Below, piece by piece: positions 9,247 through 19,550 of a stretch of DNA of 64,000 nt. The DNA is from a virus. Taxonomy: Duplodnaviria; Caudoviricetes. The notes below the pieces were generated by a model. That model had not been told where the DNA came from. It was given only the letters and a program-made list of their open reading frames with translations, and ran no database searches. Position numbers and translations under genes: made by a program. The stretch lies in IMG/VR virus record IMGVR_UViG_3300033074_001413, positions 1-64,000 of that record. One strand, 5' to 3'. The stretch's first letter is position 1. Every line of letters starts with the position of its first letter.

Positions 9247-10896
9247 ATGGCGCTACAGTTCTATACCAACATAGCTGCAGGATCTGATTGCCTTCTTCTC
9301 CGGGAGGTGGTTGACGGGCGGCGAATCAAGAGGAAGGTTCCGTACCAACCGACCTTATTCATTCCATCCAATAAGAAGACCAAATGGCGCGGCACCGATG
9401 AGACTGTAGTTGAGCCAATCAAGTTTGAGTCTGTGGCTGCGGCACGTGAGTATGTTAGGCAGCTCGAAGATGTGTCCGGAGCCAAGATATACGGCAACAC
9501 GGACTACAGATATGCATACCTCAATGAGGAATACCCAACGGAGCCAGTTGAATTCAATAGCAGCCAGATCCTGGTATTCAATATAGATATTGAGGTTGAT
9601 ACCACAGACGGGTTCTGTGAAGCACAGGAAGCAGTTAATCAGATCACGGCCATCACTATTAGGAACAGTCTAGATCGCCGATTCTATGTATGGGGTATGG
9701 GCGAGTTTCGCACTGACCGTAAGGACATCTCATACTTCCAGTGTAAGAACGAAGAGGACATGTTATATCGGTTCCTCGACTACTGGGAGTCTAATACGCC
9801 GGATCTGGTAATTGGGTGGAACATTGAGAACTTCGATATTCCATATCTGGTCAACCGCATCACGCGAGTGCGCGGGAAAGAAGAGGCACGTAGACTTTCC
9901 CCATGGAAGATCGTCCGTGAAAAGACACGCCATAAGTTCGGCAAAGACGTGTTTGTATATGACATTGGCGGGATGGCTATTCTCGACTATATGGTCATCT
10001 ACCGCAAGAACGTGTTGGAGCCAAGAGAGTCGTTCAGTCTGAATGCTATTGCTAATGTGGAGTTAGGCGAGAGCAAGATCAGCTACGATGAAGTGGCTAA
10101 CCTCAATCAGCTGCATGCCCAAAACCACCAGAAATTCATAGAATATAACATCCACGACGTCGAACTGGTGGAGCGACTGGACCGGAAACTCAAGCTAGTC
10201 GAACTGCAGCTGGTGGTGGCATATGCTACCAAGATCAACTATGACGATGTGTTCTCGCAGGTCAAGACCTGGGACACGCTAATCTGCAACCACCTGTTCC
10301 GTAGTAATATCGTCATCCCCATGAAAGAGCATGGAGACAGCAAGCATGAGCAGTATGCTGGTGCATACGTCAAAGAACCAATCGTCGGCCTACACTCATG
10401 GGTCACCAGCTTTGACGTTACCAGCCTCTATCCCAATATCATGCGTACTCTCAACATGGGGATTGAGACCAAAATGACCGCCGATAAATTACCATCGGAT
10501 CTACGTGCGTTCTTGGATACGCTTAGACCAAGAGAGGATCGCACCTCATTGGTCAAGAGAATGCTCAACGGCGATGTAAACATGTCTCCGATATACGACG
10601 CTAATCTGGCGCTGAGCGCTAATGGAGTAACCTACAAGCGCGAACCCCAAAGCTTCTACAGTCAGATGATCGATAATTTATTCAACCAGAGGGTGCTGTT
10701 CAAAAAGAAGGCGCAAAAAGGGAAAAAGGAAGTAGAGGCAATTCATACGGAGATGAAGAACAGACCGGACCCACATGGTTGTCATGGTAGTCTATATGAC
10801 CATGTTCAGTTCATTAAATCACCAGAGTTCGAGAAGGAAAAACGGTTGACATCTGAAGCAGCTGAAGATCAAAGAACTCCTCCTAAGGCAAGATAA
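9247..10896 (+). CDS. 43A: Family B DNA polymerase, N-terminal half (gp43A-like: exonuclease, motif A, first finger helix)
   Basis: DIEVD, GWNIENFDIPYL and YNIHDV exonuclease motifs; YAGAYVKEP and SFDVTSLYP motif A; stops in the fingers region. Confidence 0.95.
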   Translation: MALQFYTNIAAGSDCLLLREVVDGRRIKRKVPYQPTLFIPSNKKTKWRGTDETVVEPIKFESVAAAREYVRQLEDVSGAKIYGNTDYRYAYLNEEYPTEPVEFNSSQILVFNIDIEVDTTDGFCEAQEAVNQITAITIRNSLDRRFYVWGMGEFRTDRKDISYFQCKNEEDMLYRFLDYWESNTPDLVIGWNIENFDIPYLVNRITRVRGKEEARRLSPWKIVREKTRHKFGKDVFVYDIGGMAILDYMVIYRKNVLEPRESFSLNAIANVELGESKISYDEVANLNQLHAQNHQKFIEYNIHDVELVERLDRKLKLVELQLVVAYATKINYDDVFSQVKTWDTLICNHLFRSNIVIPMKEHGDSKHEQYAGAYVKEPIVGLHSWVTSFDVTSLYPNIMRTLNMGIETKMTADKLPSDLRAFLDTLRPREDRTSLVKRMLNGDVNMSPIYDANLALSANGVTYKREPQSFYSQMIDNLFNQRVLFKKKAQKGKKEVEAIHTEMKNRPDPHGCHGSLYDHVQFIKSPEFEKEKRLTSEAAEDQRTPPKAR

Positions 10897-11774
10897 TGGC
10901 GTGCATTGAGAAGATTTATTCAGTATCAGCATTGGTCGGATCGTCCATATGTAATGGGCGTTGTAACTTTTGCGCCGCCACTGGATTGCGTGATCAAGCG
11001 CCATCACGTGGTGAAAACAATGAACTATACTGGCGTAATTTCGCCGCCGCAATTCGACTGTCCGCTCGATACGGTGGATGGTCTCTTTCGCTAACCAGTA
11101 GCGGTGAGCCGACATGTGATCCAGAGGCTGTCACTAAGGCCATGTCAGTGTATCGGCGGTGTGCTAATGATGGGGCATACTTCCCAAATGTTAATCTCTT
11201 TACAAATGGTATTCTTCTAGGCGACGGCGATTTCTGTCACGAGTGGCTTCCGAAGTGGAAGGAACTCGGAATGACCAATATTGCGGTCTCCATTCATTCG
11301 GTTGATCCGGTCAAGCAAGCTGCTGTATATGGTGTCCCACATTATCCGCAGTTCAAGAAAATCTTCACCAACATCCAGAAACACGGTATTGGTGCCAGAG
11401 CCACTATTATTCTCCGAAAGGGAGAAGTCGACTCTGTACCAATGTACAAAGCGGCCATCAATCAGATTGTAGAAGATGGGTGTCGGAATATTACTGCTTG
11501 GCCTGTTGGAAAGCCAGACGGTAGCAGGAATGAGTTCACACCATCGCGGCTACAACTCTGGAAGATGAGATGGTGGCTAAAACAGAACGCCAAATTGTGT
11601 CACGGTCATGTCTGGGGTGGCGGGGTTTATGACTATAACGGGGTAATGCTTAGATTTACTGACTATGTGACCAAGCACGACCCAAACAAGGACTTCGTCA
11701 GACAGTTAGTGGTATTCCAGGATGGAACTGTGGCCTACTCGTGGATTAGAGAAGGCTCTCTATGCATGATCTGA
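10896..11774 (+). CDS. Radical SAM protein
   Basis: CNGRCNFC (CxxxCxxC), SSGEPT, LFTNG; coupled to gp43A through TAATG. Confidence 0.9.
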   Translation: MACIEKIYSVSALVGSSICNGRCNFCAATGLRDQAPSRGENNELYWRNFAAAIRLSARYGGWSLSLTSSGEPTCDPEAVTKAMSVYRRCANDGAYFPNVNLFTNGILLGDGDFCHEWLPKWKELGMTNIAVSIHSVDPVKQAAVYGVPHYPQFKKIFTNIQKHGIGARATIILRKGEVDSVPMYKAAINQIVEDGCRNITAWPVGKPDGSRNEFTPSRLQLWKMRWWLKQNAKLCHGHVWGGGVYDYNGVMLRFTDYVTKHDPNKDFVRQLVVFQDGTVAYSWIREGSLCMI

Positions 11775-12538
11775 AAAGTTTATCGTTGTTCGTTGGTACT
11801 GGTAGGTGTAACGCCAATTGCGCCCATTGCGCTGGCCGTCCACTACGACATACAGCGCCGGAACATGACGGCGACGACAAGCTAGAACACATCCGTAAAG
11901 TACTGATAGAATGCTATGAACGCGGCGCTAGGAATCTATCCATTAGTTGTAGCGGAGAGCCAACCCTCTCGCCAGTATCAGTCACGTCGGTGCTTCAACT
12001 AACATATTGGATGTCTAAGAACGGACAGGTGTATAAGCCGATAAACCTCTATACCAACGGAATAAAGATCGGCGAAAATGCCGCGTTCTGCCAGCGTTAT
12101 CTTGGTGTGTGGAAGTTACTCGGACTGACCCATTTCTACATGACAGTACATAGCTGTGATGAAAAGACTAACGCCAAAGTGTATGGGGTTAAGAAATACC
12201 CACCGCTCAAAACGGTGATTGGCCGGATGAAGGAATATGGGTTTAAGATTAGAGCGAACGTGGTGTTGAATAGAGAGTACTTTGACCACAATATCTTTAT
12301 CGATACAGCCACAAAGCTCCTAGAGTTGGGTGTTGACTCCATTTCCGCATGGCCAATTCGCGACAGTCATGATGAAATAGACAAAGGCCGTGCCCTACTC
12401 TCCTCCGATACGGAGAAGATTGTTGCTTGGGCATCCACACAGAAGAACGTGCATATTTATAGCGGCATGAACGACTATACGCACAAGATCACGCTGTTCC
12501 ATGATGGGCAGCTTACGAATAAATGGTGTAATCACTGA
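11762..12538 (+). CDS. Radical SAM protein, paralog of the upstream gene
   Basis: CNANCAHC, CSGEPT, LYTNG, HS..A.VYGV..YP, AWP and FxDG motifs shared with 10896..11774. Confidence 0.9.
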   Translation: MHDLKSLSLFVGTGRCNANCAHCAGRPLRHTAPEHDGDDKLEHIRKVLIECYERGARNLSISCSGEPTLSPVSVTSVLQLTYWMSKNGQVYKPINLYTNGIKIGENAAFCQRYLGVWKLLGLTHFYMTVHSCDEKTNAKVYGVKKYPPLKTVIGRMKEYGFKIRANVVLNREYFDHNIFIDTATKLLELGVDSISAWPIRDSHDEIDKGRALLSSDTEKIVAWASTQKNVHIYSGMNDYTHKITLFHDGQLTNKWCNH

Positions 12539-13206
12539 TGATAGATTTCTATGTTGAAGACCGGGTCAACCACAACGAAGTTGGCACAGAATATGACAGA
12601 GTTGTCTTTGAAAAGATCAAAGAAACTCTAGGCTCTAGTGATCTCAAACTTCTTGCAGTTGAAAATTGCCAAAGAACCAACGATGACTGGGCAGGTACAG
12701 ATAAGATATTTGTCACCAGTGGTGGAAGATTTCGTGTCGATTTCAAAACTGTGTTTAACTACTCATTCCCAGTCAAGTTAATTCATAGTGCCGACATCAC
12801 ACCACATCCAGAATGGGCTAATATACAGTTATACTATTGGTTCTACAGGAAACCCATCTGTGATTTTATTGCAGTCATCCATAGAAGTAGTAAAAAGGTG
12901 ATTGGTGTTTATATCACAGAAGTAGCGTGGGCTATCACCCTCAAGTATTGTTTAGAGTTTATCAACAAATATAGTAAGGCGGTATATGCCAATATCAACA
13001 TTAGGAAAAACGGGAGTCAATTCCTGTCGTCAGCAGTATACGTTCCTATAAGAGATTGGCATCAGCTATACTTAAAATATGAAAATACCCCAACATCAGA
13101 AATAGTAGATGAACCGTTTGATGCCCTGAGCATATTTCAATACATAAACCAGAAATTCCCATCCTGGCTTAAATCGGCTATAGACAATTACAATAAAAAG
13201 GGGTGA
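12538..13206 (+). CDS. Putative PD-(D/E)XK nuclease (possibly a free-standing homing endonuclease)
   Basis: DWAGTDKIF...RVDFKT motif; looks more AT-rich than its neighbours. Confidence 0.5.
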   Translation: MIDFYVEDRVNHNEVGTEYDRVVFEKIKETLGSSDLKLLAVENCQRTNDDWAGTDKIFVTSGGRFRVDFKTVFNYSFPVKLIHSADITPHPEWANIQLYYWFYRKPICDFIAVIHRSSKKVIGVYITEVAWAITLKYCLEFINKYSKAVYANINIRKNGSQFLSSAVYVPIRDWHQLYLKYENTPTSEIVDEPFDALSIFQYINQKFPSWLKSAIDNYNKKG

Positions 13207-14309
13207 TAATGGAGTTAGCAGAATTAAGTAATGACGAACTCATTGCTCTCGAGGAAAAACTGGATCTAGAGATCGCCTCCGCCGACCTCCGCCAAAAGGC
13301 CGTTAAGGTCTCCATGAACAGTCTCTATGGTGTTGTCGGTAACGGCTACTTCCGGTTCTTCGATGTGGACAACGCCGAGGCGGTGACCATCACCGGACAG
13401 CTTATCATTCAATATATCTCAAGAGAGTTGGACAAATATCTCAATGAACTATTTGGTACAACCAACTACGAGTATGTGATCTACTGCGACACTGATTCCG
13501 TATACGTCCGACTTGAAGAGTTCGTAAACAAATACTTCGCCGGGAAGCCACCGGAGTTCATCACCAAGAAGGTCGATAAGCTCTGTAAGGACAAGATTGA
13601 AAAGGCTATTGAGAGAATCTGTGAGGAGATAGTCTCCAAGGTCCTAAATGGTGTCCAGGGTCATCTCAGCATGAAACGTGAGGCCATCGGCGACAAGGGC
13701 ATCTGGACGGCCAAAAAGAGATACTTGGTCAATGTGCGCGACATGGAAGGGGTTGTGTACGCGGAGCCTAAAATCAAGTATATTGGCGTAGCCCTCGCCA
13801 CAGCGACGACACCCAAGTTCTGCCGCGATAGGATGCTTGAAGCTATTAAGATCCTGATGAAAGGCGATCAGGATAAGCTGATTGAGTATATTGAAGAACA
13901 GCGGCTTGAATTTAATAAGCTCGCCCCAGAAGACATTGCCTCGCCACGGACCTGCAACGGTATTGAGAAATACTCGGATGCCTCAACAGTGTTCAAGCCA
14001 CGGTGTCCATTCCACACCAAAGGTGCGATCATATACAACTATCTGGTCCGCAAGATGGGTCTTGAAAGTAAACTACAGTATATCAGAGAAGGAGAGAAGA
14101 TTAAGTATCTCTATCTGATAGAACCCAACCCAACGCCGGATAGGGCCATTGCATTCCTCAATACGCTCCCCAAAGAATTTGGGCTGCACCAATATATCGA
14201 CTATGACACTATGTGGAGTAAGGGATTTATCGAACCACTCAATCTTATTCTCGAGCCAATCGGGTGGAGATCGGAGAAGGTAGCTTCCCTGGACTGGATG
14301 TTTGAATGA
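13203..14309 (+). CDS. 43B: Family B DNA polymerase, C-terminal half (gp43B-like)
   Basis: QKAVKVSMNSLYG motif B, YCDTDS motif C, WTAKKRY, and C-terminal clamp-binding-like SLDWMF. Confidence 0.95.
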   Translation: MIMELAELSNDELIALEEKLDLEIASADLRQKAVKVSMNSLYGVVGNGYFRFFDVDNAEAVTITGQLIIQYISRELDKYLNELFGTTNYEYVIYCDTDSVYVRLEEFVNKYFAGKPPEFITKKVDKLCKDKIEKAIERICEEIVSKVLNGVQGHLSMKREAIGDKGIWTAKKRYLVNVRDMEGVVYAEPKIKYIGVALATATTPKFCRDRMLEAIKILMKGDQDKLIEYIEEQRLEFNKLAPEDIASPRTCNGIEKYSDASTVFKPRCPFHTKGAIIYNYLVRKMGLESKLQYIREGEKIKYLYLIEPNPTPDRAIAFLNTLPKEFGLHQYIDYDTMWSKGFIEPLNLILEPIGWRSEKVASLDWMFE

Positions 14310-15088
14310 TTATTCGCAAAACACCAAAAGAAATTGAAATAATGCGTTTCGGTGGACAAGCACTTGGAAACGTACTGCAGGAGCTGGCTAACAAGATTAA
14401 GCCGGGAATGTCTACTCTTGACCTTGATCTTATCGCTCAGAAGCTCATCAAGGATCATGGTGCTATAGCGGCGTTCATAGATTATACGCCGACGAAAGGA
14501 AAAGACTTTAGCGACCCATATAGGCACGCGACCTGTATATCTATTAATGACGAGCTTATTCATGGTATTCCGTCCAAAGACAGAAGATTCAAGAATGGAG
14601 ATGTTGTCAAGATTGACTGTGGCCTTCGTAAGGGTGGTTTCTATTCCGATGCTGCCGTCACGGTCACTGTAGGGGAAGTTTCTGAACAGGCACTCAAACT
14701 TATTAGTGTTACCAAGGAGGCTTTAAGTCTCGGTATTCAACAGGCGAAACCTGGGAATAGAATTAGTGACATTTCTAAGGCCATTCAGGACTGTGTTGAG
14801 GCGGCTGGATTCAGTTCCGTTCGGGATTTCTGTGGCCACGGTATTGGTAATGGTTTGCATGAAGATCCACCAGTGCCTAACTATGTTGATCCCAAGCGTG
14901 AAAATCCTCGCCTCAAAGAGGGGATGGTTTTGGCTATTGAACCAATGGTCATTGCTAGTAGCGTGAATATCCTTCGTAAGAAAAGTGATGGCTGGACCAT
15001 TGCATCGAGTGATAAATCTCTCACTGCCCATTTCGAACATACCGTAGCTATTACGGAATATGGTCCGTGGGTTCTAACCAGTCCGTAG
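14306..15088 (+). CDS. map: Type I methionine aminopeptidase
   Basis: CISINDELIHGIP, GFYSDAA, GHGIG..LHEDP, LAIEPM, AHFEHT. Confidence 0.95.
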   Translation: MIIRKTPKEIEIMRFGGQALGNVLQELANKIKPGMSTLDLDLIAQKLIKDHGAIAAFIDYTPTKGKDFSDPYRHATCISINDELIHGIPSKDRRFKNGDVVKIDCGLRKGGFYSDAAVTVTVGEVSEQALKLISVTKEALSLGIQQAKPGNRISDISKAIQDCVEAAGFSSVRDFCGHGIGNGLHEDPPVPNYVDPKRENPRLKEGMVLAIEPMVIASSVNILRKKSDGWTIASSDKSLTAHFEHTVAITEYGPWVLTSP

Positions 15089-15153
15089 TTTATTTGTTGC
15101 TCGGACGCCAATAAAATGTTATAATAATAGGGATACACCCAATAGGAGAACAT

Positions 15154-15321
15154 ATGATTGACTATCGCAGATTAGAAAAAGTCCGTAAGTACGCAGCCAA
15201 GATGGGTTTCCAAGTAACCGAAACCAGAATCTTCGAAACGCCAGAGTCCGTCGAAGCTATGCTGACGCTAGCCCCTGGTGAAGTCACTGCCGCCGATACC
15301 GACGCAGAAGAGGCTGAATAA
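15154..15321 (+). CDS. Small acidic hypothetical protein (55 aa, below the ORF-track cutoff)
   Basis: AGGAG RBS; MIDYRRLEK...AEEAE*; followed by a hairpin. Confidence 0.65.
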   Translation: MIDYRRLEKVRKYAAKMGFQVTETRIFETPESVEAMLTLAPGEVTAADTDAEEAE

Positions 15322-15325
15322 CACA

Positions 15326-15354
15326 AGGGGGAGAATCACTCCCCCTTCCCATTT
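15326..15354 (+). terminator. Probable terminator hairpin
   Basis: AAGGGGGAG-aatca-CTCCCCCTT; weak U-tract. Confidence 0.55.
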
Positions 15355-15366
15355 CATAGGATTCCA

Positions 15367-16398
15367 ATGAATAGATTACTACATGGGGACTGCTTAGCTG
15401 TCCTGAAGACCATCCCAGACAACTCTATCGACTCTGTTGTGACAGATCCTCCGTATGGGTTGGACAATGTAGGCGATAAATGGCACGATGTAGTGCCGAT
15501 GGTTCCGGTGTGGCAAGAATGCTTGCGGGTGCTCAAACCAGGAGGAATTGCTCTGGTATTCAGTGCTGCGCGTACACAGCATCACATGGCCATGAACCTG
15601 GAAAACGCCGGATTCGAAATCAGAGATCAACTTGTCTGGTCCTACCTAAGTGGATACCCAAAATCGCTCGATGTTTCGGCGGCGTTGGATAAGCTAGAAG
15701 GATGTGAGAGACCTGTCATTGGTGAAAAGGAATCCATCGACCCATTCAACAAGTCCAAGAAGAAGATCACCAAGAAGTATAGTAGTGATCCTATTAGCGA
15801 ACTTGCCAAGAAGTATGATGGATGGGGAACAGGACTCAGACCAGCCAATGAGCCAATCACGGTAGCACGTAAACCAATCCCAGATAAATACAACGTTGCT
15901 GAGTGCATCAAGGAGTTTGGAACTGGTGCCATCAACCTCGTGGACTCTCGGATTGCACGTGCGAAGGATAGCAGATGGCCATCAAACATTATGATGGATG
16001 GTGGAGTAGCCGACTGGATTGAGATAATGCATTCAGAGTCATCGGAGACATATCTGGTTGTCAACCCGGACCGCATTGATCACAATCCAAAGCTGATTGT
16101 TGTGCCGAAACCAGCCGGGAAGGAACGGGCGCTTTCCGATCACCCAACCAGAAAACCAGTGAAGTTGATGGAATATCTGGTTAGACTAGTAACTCCTCCT
16201 GGAGGAATGGTACTTGATCCGTTTGCTGGCTCTGGATCGACTGGTGTTGCAGCAGTGCGACAAGGTATGAGTGTTACTCTAATTGAACTTAGCGATGAAT
16301 TCTACAAGACCATTGTAGATCGATTCGAGAATATTCAACGAGAGATGGAAGACATCCCACAGGAAGAACAATCCGCACTTGACGCTTTATTCACATGA
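15367..16398 (+). CDS. DNA N4-C/N6-A methyltransferase (beta class)
   Basis: TDPPYG near the N-terminus; HPTRKP and LDPFAGSGST near the C-terminus. Confidence 0.92.
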   Translation: MNRLLHGDCLAVLKTIPDNSIDSVVTDPPYGLDNVGDKWHDVVPMVPVWQECLRVLKPGGIALVFSAARTQHHMAMNLENAGFEIRDQLVWSYLSGYPKSLDVSAALDKLEGCERPVIGEKESIDPFNKSKKKITKKYSSDPISELAKKYDGWGTGLRPANEPITVARKPIPDKYNVAECIKEFGTGAINLVDSRIARAKDSRWPSNIMMDGGVADWIEIMHSESSETYLVVNPDRIDHNPKLIVVPKPAGKERALSDHPTRKPVKLMEYLVRLVTPPGGMVLDPFAGSGSTGVAAVRQGMSVTLIELSDEFYKTIVDRFENIQREMEDIPQEEQSALDALFT

Positions 16399-16691
16399 CA
16401 GCGTGTAAAGATTGTCGGTATAATCAAGGAAACGAATGCCGGGGTGTTCGTATCAAGGTCATTCATCAGTCCAGGTTTAACCCAATCGAAGGACAGATCG
16501 AACACCCGGTAGAGTACAAATTTGCTCTCTGTCAGAATATAAACAGAGGCGAATGTAAGTTGTTTGAATCTAAACCGACAATGAGACGTGATGGATGGCG
16601 TGAGTCGTTTGCGTTCTCGATATTTGGCGCTGGAATATACCAGCACAAGCAAGAGTTGGAAGAGAGACGGAATGGACGTGCCGATTTATGA
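16395..16691 (+). CDS. Cys-rich hypothetical protein
   Basis: CxxC...C...C...C; ATGA overlap with the methyltransferase. Confidence 0.6.
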   Translation: MTACKDCRYNQGNECRGVRIKVIHQSRFNPIEGQIEHPVEYKFALCQNINRGECKLFESKPTMRRDGWRESFAFSIFGAGIYQHKQELEERRNGRADL

Positions 16692-17107
16692 AGTGCTTTA
16701 TCACAGGTGACGAAAGCGTGTCGAACATATACTATCTTGCTCGACGCGGAGATAACATCGACGCGGTAGACATCCCGGAGGAATTGTACGTGGCATATGT
16801 AAGTGCCTGTGCCGCGTTCGACGAAATTCAAAAGCAGTTATCAGAGATATATGCGAACGAAGTTGTACCTCGATATCAGGCCGACTTTGAGAAGCGTAGA
16901 GATGGGCAAAATAAAGATGTCCATACAGAGCACTGTTGCGTTGTACACGGCTGTAAGTATGGTGACCGCGACTGTCCGGTAGCCAATAAAGTCAAAGTGC
17001 AGTCCTACAGGTGTGAATCTTGTGGGACCCCAAGAGGGTTTGAGAGAGTGAATCCTTATGACTTGGCAGCGGTACGTAAAGGGGCTAAGAACAGGAGACG
17101 TTTATGA
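16688..17107 (+). CDS. Hypothetical protein with a Cys/His metal-binding motif
   Basis: HTEHCCVVHGCKYGDRDCP...CESC. Confidence 0.7.
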   Translation: MKCFITGDESVSNIYYLARRGDNIDAVDIPEELYVAYVSACAAFDEIQKQLSEIYANEVVPRYQADFEKRRDGQNKDVHTEHCCVVHGCKYGDRDCPVANKVKVQSYRCESCGTPRGFERVNPYDLAAVRKGAKNRRRL

Positions 17108-17272
17108 TTACACAGTCTATGCTCAATGCACAGGTTGAGGCAGAAAATAACGCGTATCGCGCACGGTGTGAGCAGACTTATAGGGATCTTCCTGCATTAC
17201 TCAAGCGTGAGTATAAACGTGGATACGCTGCTGGACGCAGGGCTGCATTGAAGGATGCGAAGAAAACCAAAG

Positions 17273-17722
17273 TTAAACCTTGACTGTTTGTGTTATTTTC
17301 AAATCTTGTTTCGGATATAAGCTTATGGTGGCTTCAAATTCATCACTGCCATCAACGCTACTTGGATGATGGAAAGTCATATATCGGAAACCTTCTTGCC
17401 TAGCTTTGGTCGCCTCTTGTTCAATGACTTCATCAATATCGTCATCATTCATTAAGGCGTCCATCACAGCGTCATCAATGTTCTTCGATTTTCCTGGCTT
17501 TGCCTGGACTTTCATCACGCGTGGTTGACCTTTACCGCGACCACCACCAAGAATGGGGTTTACAGCAAATGCCAAAGCCTCTTCTGGCGCAGGAGCCAAA
17601 TATATCAAACCATCACGGAACTCTGTGAAATCCGCCGCCGAAGTGCCATGGAAATAATCCTTTTCGACAATATATGGTGGTGTGGCCACCGCTGCGTAGG
17701 TGAATTCCTTGAAGGTTTGCAT
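17273..17722 (-). CDS. Putative packaged ADP-ribosyltransferase-like protein
   Basis: MQTFKEF N-terminus; YFHGT..F..F..IYLA...A..FA; TAAATA-N5-ATG; paralog of 46436..46906. Confidence 0.6.
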   Translation of the reverse strand: MQTFKEFTYAAVATPPYIVEKDYFHGTSAADFTEFRDGLIYLAPAPEEALAFAVNPILGGGRGKGQPRVMKVQAKPGKSKNIDDAVMDALMNDDDIDEVIEQEATKARQEGFRYMTFHHPSSVDGSDEFEATISLYPKQDLKITQTVKV

Positions 17723-17872
17723 ACCTGTATTTAGCCGTTGATGATTATTATGAGCTGTAGTATTATGGTTCTATATGCAATAATCCTGCATTGCAACTAA
17801 ATAATAACGGCCAACATAGGGTCACAGGCATCAGCCAATAGACCCAAATATAAGGCCAGATAGGAATATAGA

Positions 17873-18940
17873 ATGTCTCTATTTAAGACGTTGATTAAAG
17901 AAACAGGAAATACATACGCTTCCTGTGTAGATGATGGAATTAGCGCTGGTGACGTTTCCGGGTTTATTGACACTGGTTCATATGCCCTCAACCTCCTCCT
18001 CTCAGGTTCCCTTTTCGGCGGCGCACCGAATGGAAAGGTAACCGCCTTCGCTGGTGAAGAAGCCACTGGCAAGACTTTCTTCGTACTCGGTATTGTCAAG
18101 AAATTCCTCGACACATTCACTGATGGTGGTGTACTCTACTTTGAGTCAGAGTCTGCTATCTCCAAGAAGATGTTCGTAGACCGTGGAATTGATCCCAAAC
18201 GCGTCCATATCATTCCAGTGGTGACTGTTCAGGAGTTCCGCAACCAAGCGGCCAGAGTGCTGGACAAATACCTTGAAACGCCGGAACCACGCCCACCGAT
18301 GATTATGGTCCTTGACTCCTTGGGCATGCTCAGCACCACCAAAGAAATCGAGGATATTAAGGAAGGTAAAGAGACTCGCGACATGACGCGGTCCCAACTG
18401 CTTAAGGCTGCGTTCAGAGTATTGACCCTTAAGTTAGGTCGTGCCAGTGTCCCGCTTCTTGTTACCAACCACGTCTATGATGTGATCGGCGCTTATGTTC
18501 CCACCAAAGAAATGGGCGGAGGCGGCGGTCTTAAGTTCGCTGCTAGCACAATTGCATTCCTTTCCAAGAAGAAAGTCAAGGACGATAAGACCAAAGAAGT
18601 GGTTGGTAGTGCGATTCGCGTCAAGTTAGACAAGAGCCGCTTCACCAGAGAAGGTAAAGTAATCACCGTTGCTTTGTCCTACACCAAAGGATTGGACCCG
18701 TACCATGGGCTGTGTGATATAGCCGAGGAAATCGGATTGTTCAAGAAGATTGCAGGAAAGTATGAACTTCCGGATGGTTCCAAGGTATTTGAAAAGCACA
18801 TTAATCAAGAGCCGGAAAAATACTTCACACCGGAAGTCCTTCAGATGATTGAAGAGAAGGCTGCTCCGTACTATCAGTATTCTGTGCAACAGCGCATAGC
18901 TGCTGATGACGACGAAACAATTACGGTCCCTGAGGAATAA
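17873..18940 (+). CDS. uvsX: UvsX/RecA-like recombinase
   Basis: [17 protein letters not shown] Walker [19 protein letters not shown]. Confidence 0.95.
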   Translation: MSLFKTLIKETGNTYASCVDDGISAGDVSGFIDTGSYALNLLLSGSLFGGAPNGKVTAFAGEEATGKTFFVLGIVKKFLDTFTDGGVLYFESESAISKKMFVDRGIDPKRVHIIPVVTVQEFRNQAARVLDKYLETPEPRPPMIMVLDSLGMLSTTKEIEDIKEGKETRDMTRSQLLKAAFRVLTLKLGRASVPLLVTNHVYDVIGAYVPTKEMGGGGGLKFAASTIAFLSKKKVKDDKTKEVVGSAIRVKLDKSRFTREGKVITVALSYTKGLDPYHGLCDIAEEIGLFKKIAGKYELPDGSKVFEKHINQEPEKYFTPEVLQMIEEKAAPYYQYSVQQRIAADDDETITVPEE

Positions 18941-18941
18941 G

Positions 18942-19334
18942 ATGATACCCCAACCGACTCTATCACATCTTAAGAGTGAGTATACGTGGGTAGAGAAGAA
19001 AGGTGAAGAGATGGTCTGCCTTCGACTGGTCAGACCACCCTTCGCCGGGGTTGTCTATCACTACGGTAAGGTGTGGATTGAGGGTGAACGTGACGAAGAT
19101 GGTAATAGCAACGTTCATTTTCAATATCATATTAAAGAAATCCCGAAAGACTTCAACACCACGCTGTTCGAGTCTCAAGACTTCGACAATCTACTAGGGG
19201 ATATTCTCCTGCATGTCCTTGAGGAGGCCAGTATTAGAAAGGCGCAGAATGATGCTGGTATGCCGGACCCAGATCTACAAGAACCGGAAATAATCACAAT
19301 AGAATTAGATGGTGGTGAAAATGGCGAGGGATGA
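18942..19334 (+). CDS. gp40-like protein (T4 head vertex assembly chaperone position)
   Basis: Lies between uvsX and gene 41; PFAGVVYHYGKV...FQYHI...LGDILLHVLEE. Confidence 0.6.
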   Translation: MIPQPTLSHLKSEYTWVEKKGEEMVCLRLVRPPFAGVVYHYGKVWIEGERDEDGNSNVHFQYHIKEIPKDFNTTLFESQDFDNLLGDILLHVLEEASIRKAQNDAGMPDPDLQEPEIITIELDGGENGEG

Positions 19335-19545
19335 ATACTGTCCGTATTGCAAGGCCCACTTGAAAGTGACGTTCAGCAACATTGTCATGTCGGAAACTAG
19401 CTGGACAAGCACACTATCGGTCAACGCTACACAAATTCAAGTAGACGGCGACGGCAATGAACAGTTCCAATGTCCGGACTGTCAACAAAAATGGCGAGTG
19501 GTATTAGGTTCTTGCGTAATGCTAGGACAAAGCACAATAAGGTGA
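19321..19545 (+). CDS. Small zinc-ribbon protein
   Basis: CPYC...CPDC. Confidence 0.6.
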   Translation: MARDEYCPYCKAHLKVTFSNIVMSETSWTSTLSVNATQIQVDGDGNEQFQCPDCQQKWRVVLGSCVMLGQSTIR

Positions 19546-19550
19546 TAACA

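Noticed and set aside
10896-13206. Group I/II intron or intein in the polymerase
   Set aside because: The gap is filled by overlapping ORFs with no room for a ribozyme core, there are no intein terminal motifs, and gp43B has its own start.
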